NCBI RefSeq assembly: GCF_902713615.1 | Contig: NW_024055665.1 | Location: 62,001-126,000 of the forward strand | Length of the DNA stretch: 64,000 nt | Source of the DNA: Scyliorhinus canicula | Taxonomy: Eukaryota | Reading direction: 5' to 3' | Shown: positions 36,100-48,575 of the stretch, piece by piece | Layout of the letters: the number at the start of each line of letters is the position of its first letter | How positions within the stretch are numbered: position 1 is the stretch's first letter | The notes under the pieces: model-generated | Database searches by the model: none | What the model was told of the DNA's origin: nothing | What the model saw: the letters and a program-made list of their open reading frames with translations, nothing else | Program-made: the position numbers and the translations under genes

Positions 36100-37520
36100 A
36101 TGCGATGTCGGCGTCTCTGGCTAGGCCAGCATTTATTGCCTATCCATTATTTATCTTGAGAGGTGGAGGTCAACTGTCTTCTTCAACCACTGTCGTCCAT
36201 GTGGTGTATATATCCCCAGCCTTGTTATGGAGCGAATTCCAGAATTTTGGCCCAGCAACAGTGAAGGGATGGTGAGAAATTTCGAGGTCGAGATGTTCTT
36301 TCTTTTATTCATTTATGTGATGTGGGAGTCGCTGGTTAGGTCAGCATTTCTTGCCCATTTCTAGCTGCCCTGCAGAGGGCGGTGTTGAGTTGCCTTCTTG
36401 AACTGCTGCAGTCTCTGAGGTGAAGGTACATCCACTGTGCTGTTAGGGAGGCAGTTCAGGATTTTCCCCAGCGGCAGTGAAGGAGCGCCGATATATTTCC
36501 AAGTCAGGGTGGTGAGTGACTTGGAGGGGTACATCCAGGTGGTGAGGTTCCCAGGTATCTGCTGCTCTTGTCCTTCGAGATGGTGGTTTGTATGTTGCTG
36601 TCTGAGGAGCCTTGGTGCGTTACTGCAGTGCATCTTGTAGATGGTACACACGGCTGCCATTGTTCTTCGGTGGTGGAGGGTTTGAATGTTTGTGGAAGGG
36701 GGAGCAATCAAGCGGGCTGCTTTGTCCTGGATGGTGTCGAGCTTTTTGAGTGTTGTTGGAGCTGCATTCATCCAGACAAGTGAGAGTATTACTTTACACT
36801 CCTCACTTGTGCCTTGTAGATGGTGGACAGGCTTTGGGGGATCAGGAGGTCAGTTGCTTGCTGGAGGATTCAATGGTAACTCCCAGAATGTTGATTGTGA
36901 GGGATTCAGTGGTGGTAATCCCATTGAATGTCAAGGGTCGGTGGTTACATCCTCTCTTGTAGGAGATGGTCGCGAATGCAACTTACCACTTTTTATTACT
37001 GCTGGATATTGTCCTGGTCTTGCTGCATTTGGACATGGACAGCTTCATTATCTGAGGAGTTACGAATGGTGCTGAACATTGTGCAGTCATCCGCTCTTCT
37101 GACCTTAAAATGGCGAGTGACTTGGGGGGCAAATTCCAGAAGGTAGTCATCCTGCTGCACTTGTCCTTTGTGATGGTAGCGGTCGTGGGATTTGAAGATT
37201 CTGTTAACGGAGGCACAGTAAGTTCCTGCAGTGTATTTTGTAGATTATTTTTTAAAAATCTTTTCAAAGGGTAATTTAGCGTGGCAAATCTATTTAATAC
37301 ATCCTTGGGTTGTAGAGTTGAAACCCACGCAGACACAGGGAGAATGCGCAAACTGTATCTTGCAGATTCTAAATACTGCTGCTGCTCTATGTTGGAGGTG
37401 GAGGAAATGAATGTTTGTGGAAGAGGTGCAAATCAAGCGGCCTCTTTTGCCCTGGATGGTGTCAAGCTTCTTGAGTGTCGTTGGAGCTGCACTTATCCAG
37501 GCAAGTCAATAATGACTGAA
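36100..37520 (-). mobile_element. Several decayed non-LTR retroelement 3' fragments and a SINE fragment
   Basis: NAAPTTLKKLDTIQDKAARLI..NIQTLHHRRTMAAVCTIYKMHC is an RT C-terminus, and it is repeated near 37400-37490. Confidence 0.7.
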
Positions 37521-37733
37521 ACTCAGCCACTGAATAACATCAGTCTCGAGGGAACATGTCTTTGCTGATGTGATCAAATCCTGAATGTTGAGCAATCTAA
37601 TACAGCTCTTACATCAGAGTGAAGCACAAAGAACATGGCAATAAATTAGAAGTTGTAGCTTAATAAAATTCTGCATAATGCTTAAAATCGCAGCATAGAA
37701 TGATCAATATTTCCCCCGGTTTGATTCTCTTAC

Positions 37734-38048
37734 CTTCAGATGTGCCGATATTCCGACTTTGTGTGAGCCCTTTATGAGTGACCTGGCAGGTATAGACCGC
37801 TTTGCTGAACCATTCCCCAGCGGAGACTGTCAGCCGACTGCTCGCCGAGAAGTTCTCGTTCACTTCACAGGCGGGAGAGGTGAGAATTCCTGAACCCATG
37901 GGTTGTCCATTCTTCAACCACTTCACCGCCATTGACTTTGGACGGAAATCGATGATTGAACAGACGATGGTTGCAAATTTAGTGCGTGTGATTTCTTCAT
38001 TGGAACTCACAGTGAGGAGAAGATTTGGAGGTTTGTCATTTTTACGAC
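37734..38048 (-). CDS. IGHM: IgM Cmu2 exon
   Basis: (C)[47 protein letters not shown]...[21 protein letters not shown]; 315 nt, phase 1/1. Confidence 0.96.
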
Positions 38049-38258
38049 CTTCAAAAACAAGTGTTAGATATTTCTTATAGACGAAATTTAGAATAAATAA
38101 AATGAGCTGTTATACATGCCAGTTTTTGTGGTCAACAGACACGAACCTGGATTTTCCTGGGATCAGGAATACAGTGATTACTATAACTGCGTTATAACCA
38201 AGACCTTACACAAGGTATTCATAGATTTCCTATTTTGTACTGGTTCCACAACACTTAC

Positions 38259-38558
38259 ATGTCATTCCAATGCTCTTGTCTGAGCCGTTGTGTCGAACCT
38301 CACAGCTGATTTTGCTGCATGCCCCCTCTGACTCAGGGATGGTTAACTGGCTGCTCAGGGTGTAGGTTCCCTTTATGTTTCTCACTGCCGGATAAGTCTT
38401 CAATCCAGTGGTGATCGGCTGCCCATCTTTCTTCCAGGTAAGGCTGCTGATTTCTGGGGAGTAGTCCATCGCCAAACAGCCGTAGGTCACGGAGCCGTCG
38501 GTGTTGTGTTGCTGACAGGAGGGGGCCAGGTTGTAGAGAGTGGGTTGAGACGGCGTCG
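38259..38558 (-). CDS. IGHM: IgM Cmu1 exon
   Basis: (A)[45 protein letters not shown]...[17 protein letters not shown]; 300 nt, acceptor TTTTCCAG, donor GTAAGT. The early Cys fits the light-chain linkage. Confidence 0.96.
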
Positions 38559-38649
38559 CTGGAAAAGAAAGACGGATTGAACATGTCAGATCCAATTGTT
38601 TGCTTTTAATTCGTAACCAAACAACTTAAAATTAGGTTATAGTTATACA

Positions 38650-38886
38650 TTTATTCAATTTTTAAAAATAAATTTAGATTACCCACTTCATTTTTTCCAC
38701 ATGAGGGGCAATTTAGCGTGGCCAATCCACCTTCCCTGAACATTTTTGGGTTGTGGGGGTGACACCCACGCCAACACGGGGAGAATGTGTAAACTCCACA
38801 CGGGCAGTGACCCAGAGCCGGAATCGAATCGGGGACCTCGGCGACGTGAGGCAGCAATGCTAACTCCTGTGCCACCGTGCTGCCCT
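38650..38886 (-). mobile_element. HE1-like SINE
   Basis: Head GGGCAGCACGGTGGCACAGGAGTTAGCATTGC on the minus strand. Confidence 0.8.
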
Positions 38887-40064
38887 ATTCCATTATTTTG
38901 ACAGTAATCTGTACATCCGCATTTGAGTTTCCATCAGTACCATTATGAATTGTTCTTCCCATGTTCACTTTCTCTGCCTCTGACACAATTTTTAAAATGT
39001 TGATTTTAGCTGAATGACGTCGACTTCGTTAGATTAAAATAGAAGAGCAGAACATTTTCCAAATATTGCAACTACCATTTCAAAAATATTTACATTTTCG
39101 TGAAGAACAAAGTGTTTTCTCGTCGTCAGGTTGTTGCACTGGAAACTGGCCTTATTGAAATTTGCCACTCCAGCCCCATGGCCCTCACAAAATAATAACT
39201 CCGATTCAAACGGTGCTTGGCAGGGAGTGCTTATAAAATAGCCCTACAACTCTAAACCTGAGTACAAGATAAAGTAATTCCAACATTTTCTAATCATGAC
39301 CTGCAGTGCCCTTGGAGCTAAAGTGGGTTGTGAGACCAAATGTAAAACACCTTCAAATAATTCCAGTCTTGCAGAAAATGAAGGCCATGATTCCGAAAGG
39401 TGCATTCTGACCATGAGGTTGCTTTCTCGAGCAACTTCGGAACATTGAATCGTCGATTTTCTTCAGATCTTGTTTGCTGTGGAGAAACTCACTTAACTCC
39501 CCAAATATTTTATATTTCAGTATTAAATATTTTAGAGTTAGACTGTTCCACATTTTGTCCATTGGACACCTCCTACATACATTTACTACCAGCCTCCTGA
39601 CATCTGCACAGGATTCTCCCATTCTTGATATTACATTTCATCCGTCATTCCATTTTAAAAGCTGCCTTAAACCTTCCTCTTGGACAAAGCTTGTGGGGAA
39701 CTGCCATAACTTCTCATTATATGACTCGGGGTAGGTCATCTCTTGTAAAGGTCGAGGAAAATGTTTGGGGCGTCGCACTACATTGCAGTGGTCATACAAT
39801 TGCAGCTCACTATTGAATTTAGAGGATTTAAAAAAAATTTTTGGATCGGTTTACTTTTCTTCATTATAGATGTTACTTATAGTCATACAAGTTATCACAT
39901 GTTTAAAACAAATCACTGCATGCTCTTTAAGAATAACAGCATTATAAATTATGAAATATAATGTCTGGGGAAAAAAGCTATTCAGTTGATCATGACTTTG
40001 ATCTTCCTTTCAAAAGTTCAATTTTACCAAACTATTACGCATTCCACTGAGTCATCTTTGTCTA

Positions 40065-41510
40065 CATGAATAGTGCCAGAAGACTGGGAAGATAGCAAAT
40101 GTTGTTGCCTTGTTCAAGGAGGGGAGTAGAGACAACCTCGGTAACTATAGACCAGTGAGCCTTACTTCTGTTGTGGGCAAAGTCTTGGAAAGTTTTATAA
40201 GAGATAGGATGTATAATAATCTGGAAAGGAATAATTTGATTAGAGATAGTCAACACGGTTTTCTGAAGGGTAGGTCGTGCCTCACAAACCGTATTGAGTT
40301 CTTTGAGAAAGTGACCAAACAGGTGGATGAGGGTAAAGCAGTTGATGTGGTGTATATGGATTTCAGTAAAGCGTTTGATAAGGTTCCCCACTGTAGGCTA
40401 TTGCAGAAAATACGGCGGCATGGGATTCAGGGTGATTTAGCAGTATGGATCAGAAAATGGCTAGCTGTAAGAAGACAAAGGGTGGTGGTTTATGGGAAAT
40501 GTTCAGACTGTAGTCCAGTTACTAGTGGTGTACCACAAGGATCTGTTTTGGGGCCACTGCCGTTTGTCATTTTATAAATTACCTGGAGGAGGTCGTAGAA
40601 GGATGGGTGAGTAAATTTGCAGATGCCACTAAAGTCGGTGGTGTAGTGGACAGTGCGGAAGGATGTTACAAGTTACCGAGGGACATAGATAAGCTGCAGA
40701 GCTGGGCTGAGAGATGGCAACTGGAGCTTAATGCATAAACGTGTGAGGTGATTCATTTTGGAAGGAAAAACAGGAAGACAGAATACTGGGCTAATGGGAA
40801 GATTCTTGGTAGTGTGGATGAGCAGAGAGATCTCGGTGTCCATGTACATAAATCCCTGAAAGTTGCCACCCAGGTTGAGAGGGTTGTTCAGAAGACGTGC
40901 GGTGTGTTAGCTTTCATTGGTAGAGGGGTTGAGTTTCGGAGCCATGAGGTCAAGTTGCAGCTGTACAAAACTCTGGTGCGGCCGCATTTGGATATTGCGT
41001 GCAATTCTGGTCGCTGCATTATAGGAAGGATGTGGAAGCATTGGAAAGGGTGCAGAGGAGATTCACCATAATGTTGCCTGGTATGGAGGGATCTTATGAG
41101 GGAAGGCTGAGGGACTTGAGGCTGATTTCGTTAGAGAGAAGAAGATTAAGAGGTGACTTAATTGAGGCACACAAGATGATCAGAGGATTAGAAAGGATGC
41201 ACAGTGAGAGCCTTTTTCCTGGGCTGGTGGTGTGCAGCACGAGGGAACATAGCTTTAAATTGAGGGGAGATAGATATAGGACAGATGTTAAAGGTAGGTT
41301 CTTTACTCAGAGAGTAGTAAGGGCGTGGAATGGCCTGCCTGCAACAATAGTGGATTCGCCAACGCTAAGGGCATTCAAATGGTCATTGGATAGACGTATG
41401 GATGATAAGGGAATAGTGTACATGGGCATTAGAGGGGTTTCACAGCTCGTCGCAACATTGTGGGGCGAAGGGCCTGTACTGCACTGTAATGTTCTATCTA
41501 TCTATGTATC
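40065..41510 (+). mobile_element. 5'-truncated CR1-type LINE in the J-C intron
   Basis: GNYRPVSLTSVVGKVLE, QHGFLKGRSCLTN, YMDFSKAFDKVPH and SGVPQGSVLGP, with an ATCT-type tail. Confidence 0.9.
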
Positions 41511-44500
41511 TACTTTTTGACAGGCCATATCCGGTCCTAACAACCAAGCGTTTATAAATTGCAATCCTTTCTCCCTTAAATGTTTCCATGTTTATTTAAA
41601 CAAAATATATTTTATAGACCAACATCTGATTTGGGGAAATAACTTCTTGAATTCCAGTAAGAAGAAACCCTTTCTGTTGTACAAAACACCTCCACCAGAT
41701 TTCATCCTAATTTTCTTTGTTCTCATGACAGTAATGGATATTTGAAATAACTGGTCGATGACTCCTTTCACATATAAATGTACATTTGACATTGGCGTTG
41801 CGAGGGATAATTTTACAAACGTTAATACCTGGAACTGAATTTTTGTGTGAATAGTCATTTAATCTAGTTTATCTATTTCCTTCTGAAAAAGAGTTGTGCT
41901 CTCCCATACATTCTCTACACAGATCTACTGAATGTCTATCTCAAGTTTGGTCGCCCCGCACCCCAGCCCGACAACTCAATTAATACTACTAATTGAGCAC
42001 AATTCCATGCGTTGAAAATATAAAACGCCATTGTTTAAATAGTCTATTTCATTTAGCAATCTAACTTCCTAAGTTCTACCTCTTATTTATTTTACCAGCT
42101 GTTTCTGTTTGATCACAGGACAGACATTTTGTGTATACATCAACGCTTGCACTCATTAAACGTCATAATTCGAGTAGATGTCAATGGGTTACATAGATAA
42201 AAGAACGGAATCATCTAGTCTGTTGATATGATCAACTCGCACTTCTGTTTTGTGGCTGATTCAGATACCTGAGTTATTCGGAAATAACACTCTACAGTAT
42301 GGAATATCAAGGATTACTAATTTTTGTCACGGTGGAGAATTAGAGGGATGCACATTGACAACGTTTTTGAAAGCAGCAGGAAAGGTTGTTAAGGTGGCTT
42401 GAAAAGCGAATGGAAGACTTGGTCTTGTAAATAGGAGCCCCGACAAGGAGAAATTCATGATGACGTTTTTCAAGCACTCACCAGGCTGCGCTATCTTCTG
42501 AAAACTTCTGACCACCACTTTAGGGAAATGGTCAAGTCCCTGTGGAGAATACGGAGAGGATGTACTAAGGTGATATCACGTGTGGGAGAGTTCAATATTA
42601 TAGAGAGGTTACACCAGCTAACTTGTTCACGTTCTAACCGTGTGTCTTATGGGTTTATTGGAGAGATATGTTCAAAATGATGAGATATTGTTAATATAAT
42701 AGTTGAGGAGAAAATGTTTCTGCTGGTTATCAAAAGGAAACAATTGACAAAATAATTAGGAAATTTAGGGTGATGCAGAACGTGTTTTGCTCCAGTCAGA
42801 AGGTGTTGACTTTGGAATTATAGAGTGGTTACTGCAAATGAGAAGATCATCCAGATCATTGTGTCTGCCCCGGTTCGCTGCATCTGGAATGAATAAAGTG
42901 ATTTGATATGTCAATTAATTAACAGATTTACGAGTTGTGGGTCCAAATTGGAACTATTTTAGAGTCAAAATGGGCATAATGAGCCGAATTACTCAGTTAT
43001 CTACGACATAATTCTACCAGTCTGTAGGACTCATTGGACACATTCTTTCTCATTTGATGGGAGAAAATGTTTAATACTCCCTTGCAGCTCTTTGATATCA
43101 TTATATTGTTTGGAATAATGGAAACTTACGTTAAAATAAAGGGATCTGATTAATCTGAGGTAACTGAGTCAATCGAATGCACACAAGGAATTAGGTTTAT
43201 GATGAAACAGCCGATTTCAGACTAAATGCAGCACTTGAAATATGTGACAGAAATGTAGTTTTGTGGCTTTATACTCTGTATGGTGGCCCAGTGGGATACT
43301 TGCACCTCGATCCTGTTACTTTTGTCAGTGAACAATTTCAAAGAATAGAATGAAATAATAATTTGAACCAAAAGTTTCTTATGTTGGTTATTTGGCATGG
43401 GCGTCTAATCATTCTCTATTTCGGGAGTGAAAATAACTTGCAGCTTCCTATCAGACCAGAACAGACGCCGCTCGCTGGAGCATTGCTCTCACTTCCTGAA
43501 AGTATTATAAAACCGCGTTCAAAGTCAGGTCGCTCTCATGGAATGATTATTTGGTACTCAAATGCCTAAACATAATTAATTCAGTAAAATGCATGCATGT
43601 TCATTTTTTAGAAAGATTGTTAAAATCAATTAAAGTGCATTAGTTCACAGGAGTAACGGGAGAATTTGTGTTTACGAACATACTTATTGAGATTGAAGCT
43701 GATTAAATGTGTTTAATGATGTGGGGAGATGACGTTCAGGTCAGGCACAGGACAATTATGAAGTTATGACCTCTCCTGACTCTCCTGCCTCTGAATACCC
43801 TCCCGCCCCAAGTCCTGTCTCTCCGCCTCCTTCCACCACCAAACCCCCAACTCCCGGAGTAACTCAACAATTTTATATCAAAGCCGACCATCATCTAGAG
43901 AAGACACAAAGGGGGACAACTATTGAATAAATTCCATATGCCTCTATGAATGCCAATCCAACAACATTCAATAAATTCGACGATGTCAAGAACAATGTCG
44001 CCAGCAAAATTCGCACCACACCCACCACCTTAAAAACTCACTCTCTCTACCTCCGGTGCACAGTGTCCCTTACAACAACGACTCGACAAAGCTCCTTCCC
44101 AACCCACGTCCCTCCACCAGCTGAAAGTGGAATGGCTCCCACTGACGATAGTGTAACCTTCAGTTCTCCTTGAATACACAATTATCATGATTTGAACTAT
44201 ATAATCATTTCTTTACTCTTACCTGGGGATAATCATGCAATTCGCTTCCTAACATTACTTTGAGTGTACTGACACACATTGTTTCAGCGGTTTAAGAATG
44301 CGACTCCTCCAGGTGCTCCGGGGTTCCACCATAGTCCAACCATGTGCAGGCTAGGTGGGGCTACGGTGTTAGGGGGATAAGTCGCGTAGTCGGCCGAGGT
44401 AACGTGCCCTTTAAGAGGGTAACTACACTTTCGATGGTCCGAATGGCCTTCTTTTGCACTGAAAGGATTCCATAGACTCTATAGGATTCAACGACACTTT

Positions 44501-45054
44501 CTGAAACTAAACTAGAAAACTGCAAAAAATGCTGGCCTTGCCATGTAATCTTAGATCAATATGAAAATCGCTTACTGTCACGAGTAGGCTTCAATTAACT
44601 TACTGCGAAAAGCCCCTAGTCGCCACATTCCGGCGCCTTTAATTGGAGGCTGGTAGGGAATTGAACCGTGCTGCTGGCCTGCCTTGGTCTGCTTTAAAAG
44701 CCAGCGATTTAGCCCAGTGTGCTAAACCAGCCCTCTGTATACTTTTTCATGCCGTCTGTTCACTCCTTCTGCACCATCTCATTCAGAGAACATTAGGAGC
44801 AAAAGTTAAATGTAGAGTAAAATTCACTTCAAATTGCCTAATTCAACAGTCCCAATATTACTGGTTACAAATCGAACTAAACTCTTTTGCTAGGCTGTCG
44901 ATTGTGTGTGATTTTCCCGGTCTGTCAGGAGTCCGATTTCTGATGCATACAATTAAATATGAAGTCAAACTTTCACATTGATCATGCATACTTTTTGAAG
45001 AAATTAATCCGATTGCACGCCTTGAAAAACAGGAGAAGGAAGCGGAAGGTTTAC

Positions 45055-45120
45055 AACCAGTCAGCAAGGTTCCTGGTACAACACAGTGACCAGGCGCATG
45101 GAACTGAACAGACACAAGCA
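45055..45120 (-). other. Cryptic 23-bp-spacer RSS followed by a short J-like stretch
   Basis: CACAGTG at 45082-45088, exactly 23 nt of spacer, then ACACAAGCA (6/9 to ACAAAAACC). The minus-strand flank reads VPGTLLTG then T|GTAAAC. Confidence 0.25.
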
Positions 45121-45594
45121 GTGCTACAACCGAGTTTCCAGCAGATAAATACGTTCAGTCTGTCAATTTCATTCAAACGGTGTGATTCTATTTGATCAAT
45201 GATCCATTACCACAATAATAACGCCTTTGACATTCAGTCTTGAAAAAACAAAGATTTAGTTTCCCTGAATATGAGCATATCAAGCTTTGCAGATTAGGGA
45301 TAATTTGATGTTCTTAAAAGACACGCAGTGACAGGGGAAGCAACACACAAACCGGGAAGCATTCATATTCAAAACTCATTCTCCACAGGTTTGACATAAC
45401 AATTTCGTAATGGAATGTAGCTAACAAAGAAATCAAGGCAAAGCTCCTTACCGAGCATCTTACAGTTGACGAAATATATGTGTTGTTTTCTCAATTCATT
45501 TTGGATGCAATTAAACATTCTTCCTAACCGTTGAGATCTGAGACTGGTTTTTCCCATCCAAGAGAAGCGTTTGCTCGGTGCCGCACCGCTCGTT

Positions 45595-45715
45595 GGCGGG
45601 GGGATTCTCCCCTCCTGCCACTTGCCAATAGGATTTTCCATTTAAGCCACCCCACTCCGTCGGGAAAGCCGCCGGAGGGGGTGCGCCGCCGGCGGGAAGA
45701 GTGAATCCTAACGGC
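45595..45715. mobile_element. Short MITE-like element
   Basis: GGCGGGGGGATTCTCC ... GGGAAGAGTGAATCC imperfect terminal inverted repeats; the left end resembles the 12814 element. Confidence 0.5.
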
Positions 45716-46199
45716 CGGGGCCATGAGCTCACTGAAATTACTCAGTTGTAGGAGATCACATGTGTGTAGAATAAGTTCGAGTTATTATGGTTACAGTTAA
45801 TTTGCTTGTTAACAGATTTGTACTCAATAATAAAAAATAATTTTGACATTTCAAAATATGTTTCTGCCTAATACTTTGTGAAATAATTGGGGTAAACTGA
45901 ATTAGTATGGCACTTAACCTATGTTACGTAATACAAATAAAATTAACAGAGGGAAATATTGAGACATATATGTCATTTTATTTAAATCTAATCACATTTT
46001 AAGAATTTAAAATGGGCAATACCTATAACTGCCCTTTTTACCGACAAACATGTAAACACTAAAATATTCGTAAAGACGTTCATGTATTATAACCTCAATT
46101 AATCCTCTGTAAGTGGTTTACATGATGCATTTGAGTGGAATATTTTAAGTAGTTCCTAATTTTGAGTGGGCCACTTCGCACGGTCGGTTTATGGGCTGT

Positions 46200-46760
46200 A
46201 ATATCAGCTGGTTGGCAAAACAAGACTCTCATATTTAAATATTGTCGTAAATCGTAACTATATATATTATTACAGGAGTGAATATTTAAAAAATGTCTGT
46301 GTTATAACCTACAGGCAGCAACTTTATTGATCAGAAACTGCCAGGGCCTATATATATCCGCAGTTTGTGAGCGGTAACGGTACTACCTGGATTTAATAAC
46401 TCGGGCAATTTTTCAAAAATACACCTGCAATTCACACAATTGCCGGAAATATGTTAATAAATATATTATTAATTCGAGAAGAGCCAAACTGAAGCATCTA
46501 AATCTTGGGAACAATTCATTCAGAACGTTTGCGAGAAAGTAAGGCGCAATTTCCTTGTTCAATGTAATATTTAGTAAAGAACTAACCATAAAGGTCAGAT
46601 ATAATCAGTATTTCAGCTCTGATTCTTTCCTGTGTGCAGCACAGTTATAGGAGACGGTATTGATTTCAGGTTCGATGCTACTGGCAGACTTTTGATTTAA
46701 AATAATTCGCTCACTTTCCTGTTTTATTTGCAAATCTCTAGCCATATGCAAATACACCAA
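46200..46760. promoter_or_regulatory. Candidate intronic enhancer (octamer, E-box and Ets cluster in an AT-rich tract)
   Basis: ATGCAAAT at 46746-46753, ATTTGCAAAT at 46726-46735, TTCCTG at 46716-46721, CACCTG at 46422-46427 and CAGCTG at 46205-46210. Confidence 0.4.
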
Positions 46761-47574
46761 CTATTTAACCATCATTATTAACAATTCCTTCACAAAACCG
46801 TTTAGGATTAGGTTAATTATAATTACCTCACTGTCAAAGTACAAATAAAATTGATGGGATAATATAGTTGCGGCTGCACACAAATAATATCATAACCGGA
46901 TGCATATATTGCCAAAATGCAATATAAAACTCCTATGTAAGTAAATGCGAACGTTCATTTATCTGTTTTAGCCTGGGATATAACAATTACTTCAAAATGG
47001 CTTGTGAAACTGAACACTGATTGGAATCAGAATGTCTTATTGAAATATTTGCAGGGATAATAAAAAAAATACTTACAACTTGAAGTTTTCCGTTCATGTT
47101 GTTTGTGCCCAGTACACAGCAGCATTGTGAAAGGGGATTGATGATAATGATATTAATTTAACCGCACCTTTATTCAATACGGAGAGATATTGGCTCATTC
47201 TAGCTGTTTGAATGACATTCATTTTACTCTCCATTTGGTGAACTTGTTAATTAAATAGTTTGTGACCACAGTTACAAAATATGTTCTGAGCGAGCATCAT
47301 AAACCCTGTCTTTATTTAAACTGCAATTATCACAATTTTTAAAAATGCACCAACATATCTGAAAATGTTAATTTTTCATTTTAACGTCTGCCTGTTTTCT
47401 GCCTACAATCGTGCTTGAAGTATTTCATGCAATCAGTTAACGTTTAACCGCGCAATCTCACGGAGTTGAAACAATGCATGAGCAAGTCAGAAACGCAAAA
47501 TGTTTCCACAAATTTTACTTATTCAAAGTAACGCAGTCACATCTTCTCCACCGTAGAAAAATACCAAATCACGT

Positions 47575-47878
47575 CAATAATAATCTTTATTGTCACAAGT
47601 AGGCTTACATTAGCACTGCATTTAAGTTACTGTGAAAAGCCCGGAGTCGCCACACTCCGGCGCCTGTTTGGGTACAGAGGGGGAGAATTCAGAATGTCCA
47701 CATTACCTAACAGCATGTCTTTCGGGACTTGTGCGAGGAAACCGGACCACTCGGAGGAAACCCACGCAGACACAGGGAGAACGTGCACTCCACACAGACA
47801 GTGACCCAAGCAGGGACTCTAACCTGGGACCCTGGAGCTGTGAAGCAATAGTGCTAACCAATGTGCTACCGTGCGCTG
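47575..47878 (-). mobile_element. SINE about 200 bp downstream of JH
   Basis: Core GGAGGAAACCCACGCAGACACAGGGAGAACGTGC, with head GCACGGTAGCACATTGGTTAGCAC on the minus strand. Confidence 0.8.
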
Positions 47879-48081
47879 AAACACGTTTCATGGAGACGCA
47901 GCTGTTTTTCTTCTATTATGCATATTTTTCCAACCAAAACAAATGCCTGGTACAATTAAAATTCAACATGGAATTCAAGGAGCCCGCTCGCCAACAAACT
48001 ATTTAATTCGGAACATAACCAGAAAATTGGAATAATGGCAACAACTTTGTGAGTAGGCATAAATAAATGCAAGAATCTGAC

Positions 48082-48447
48082 CTGCCGTCACTGTCACCAT
48101 GGTGCCTTGTCCCCAGTATTCGCCACCCCAGTATTTTGTAGGCTGCCATGAACAGTAATAGATGGCGATGTCTTTGGTCTTCAGATTCCGTATGTCCAAA
48201 GCGAAGATGTTCTTCGTAAGGTCTTTGGACGCAGTAAATCGGTTCTCAATCCCTGGGGCGTAGTAATTGTTGGATGCAGTATAATAGTAAAGCAACCACT
48301 GTAAACCCTGTCCGGGGACGAATCGGACCCAATGAAGGCTGAAGCCGCCTACGCGGAACCCGCTGGCTTTGCAAGTCAGTCTCAGGGAGCCTCCGGGACG
48401 CCCGGTCTCTGCCTCCGGCTGAGTCAACACAACCTGCGACTGGACAC
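48082..48447 (-). CDS. IGHV: Pre-joined VH-D-JH exon (germline-joined VDJ)
   Basis: (R)[121 protein letters not shown]. One 366-nt exon with no heptamer or nonamer between FR3 and WGQG; phase-1 donor GTCAGA. Confidence 0.97.
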
Positions 48448-48575
48448 CTGTAAAAATATATCAAAAAGCCCGAGGATTAATGCTGGTGAAATGATTGGTG
48501 ACTCTGGAACATTCCAGAGAGAGACTAACACTGAGACAGTAACAGTGAGAGACTTGGACAATAAAAATTACTCAC

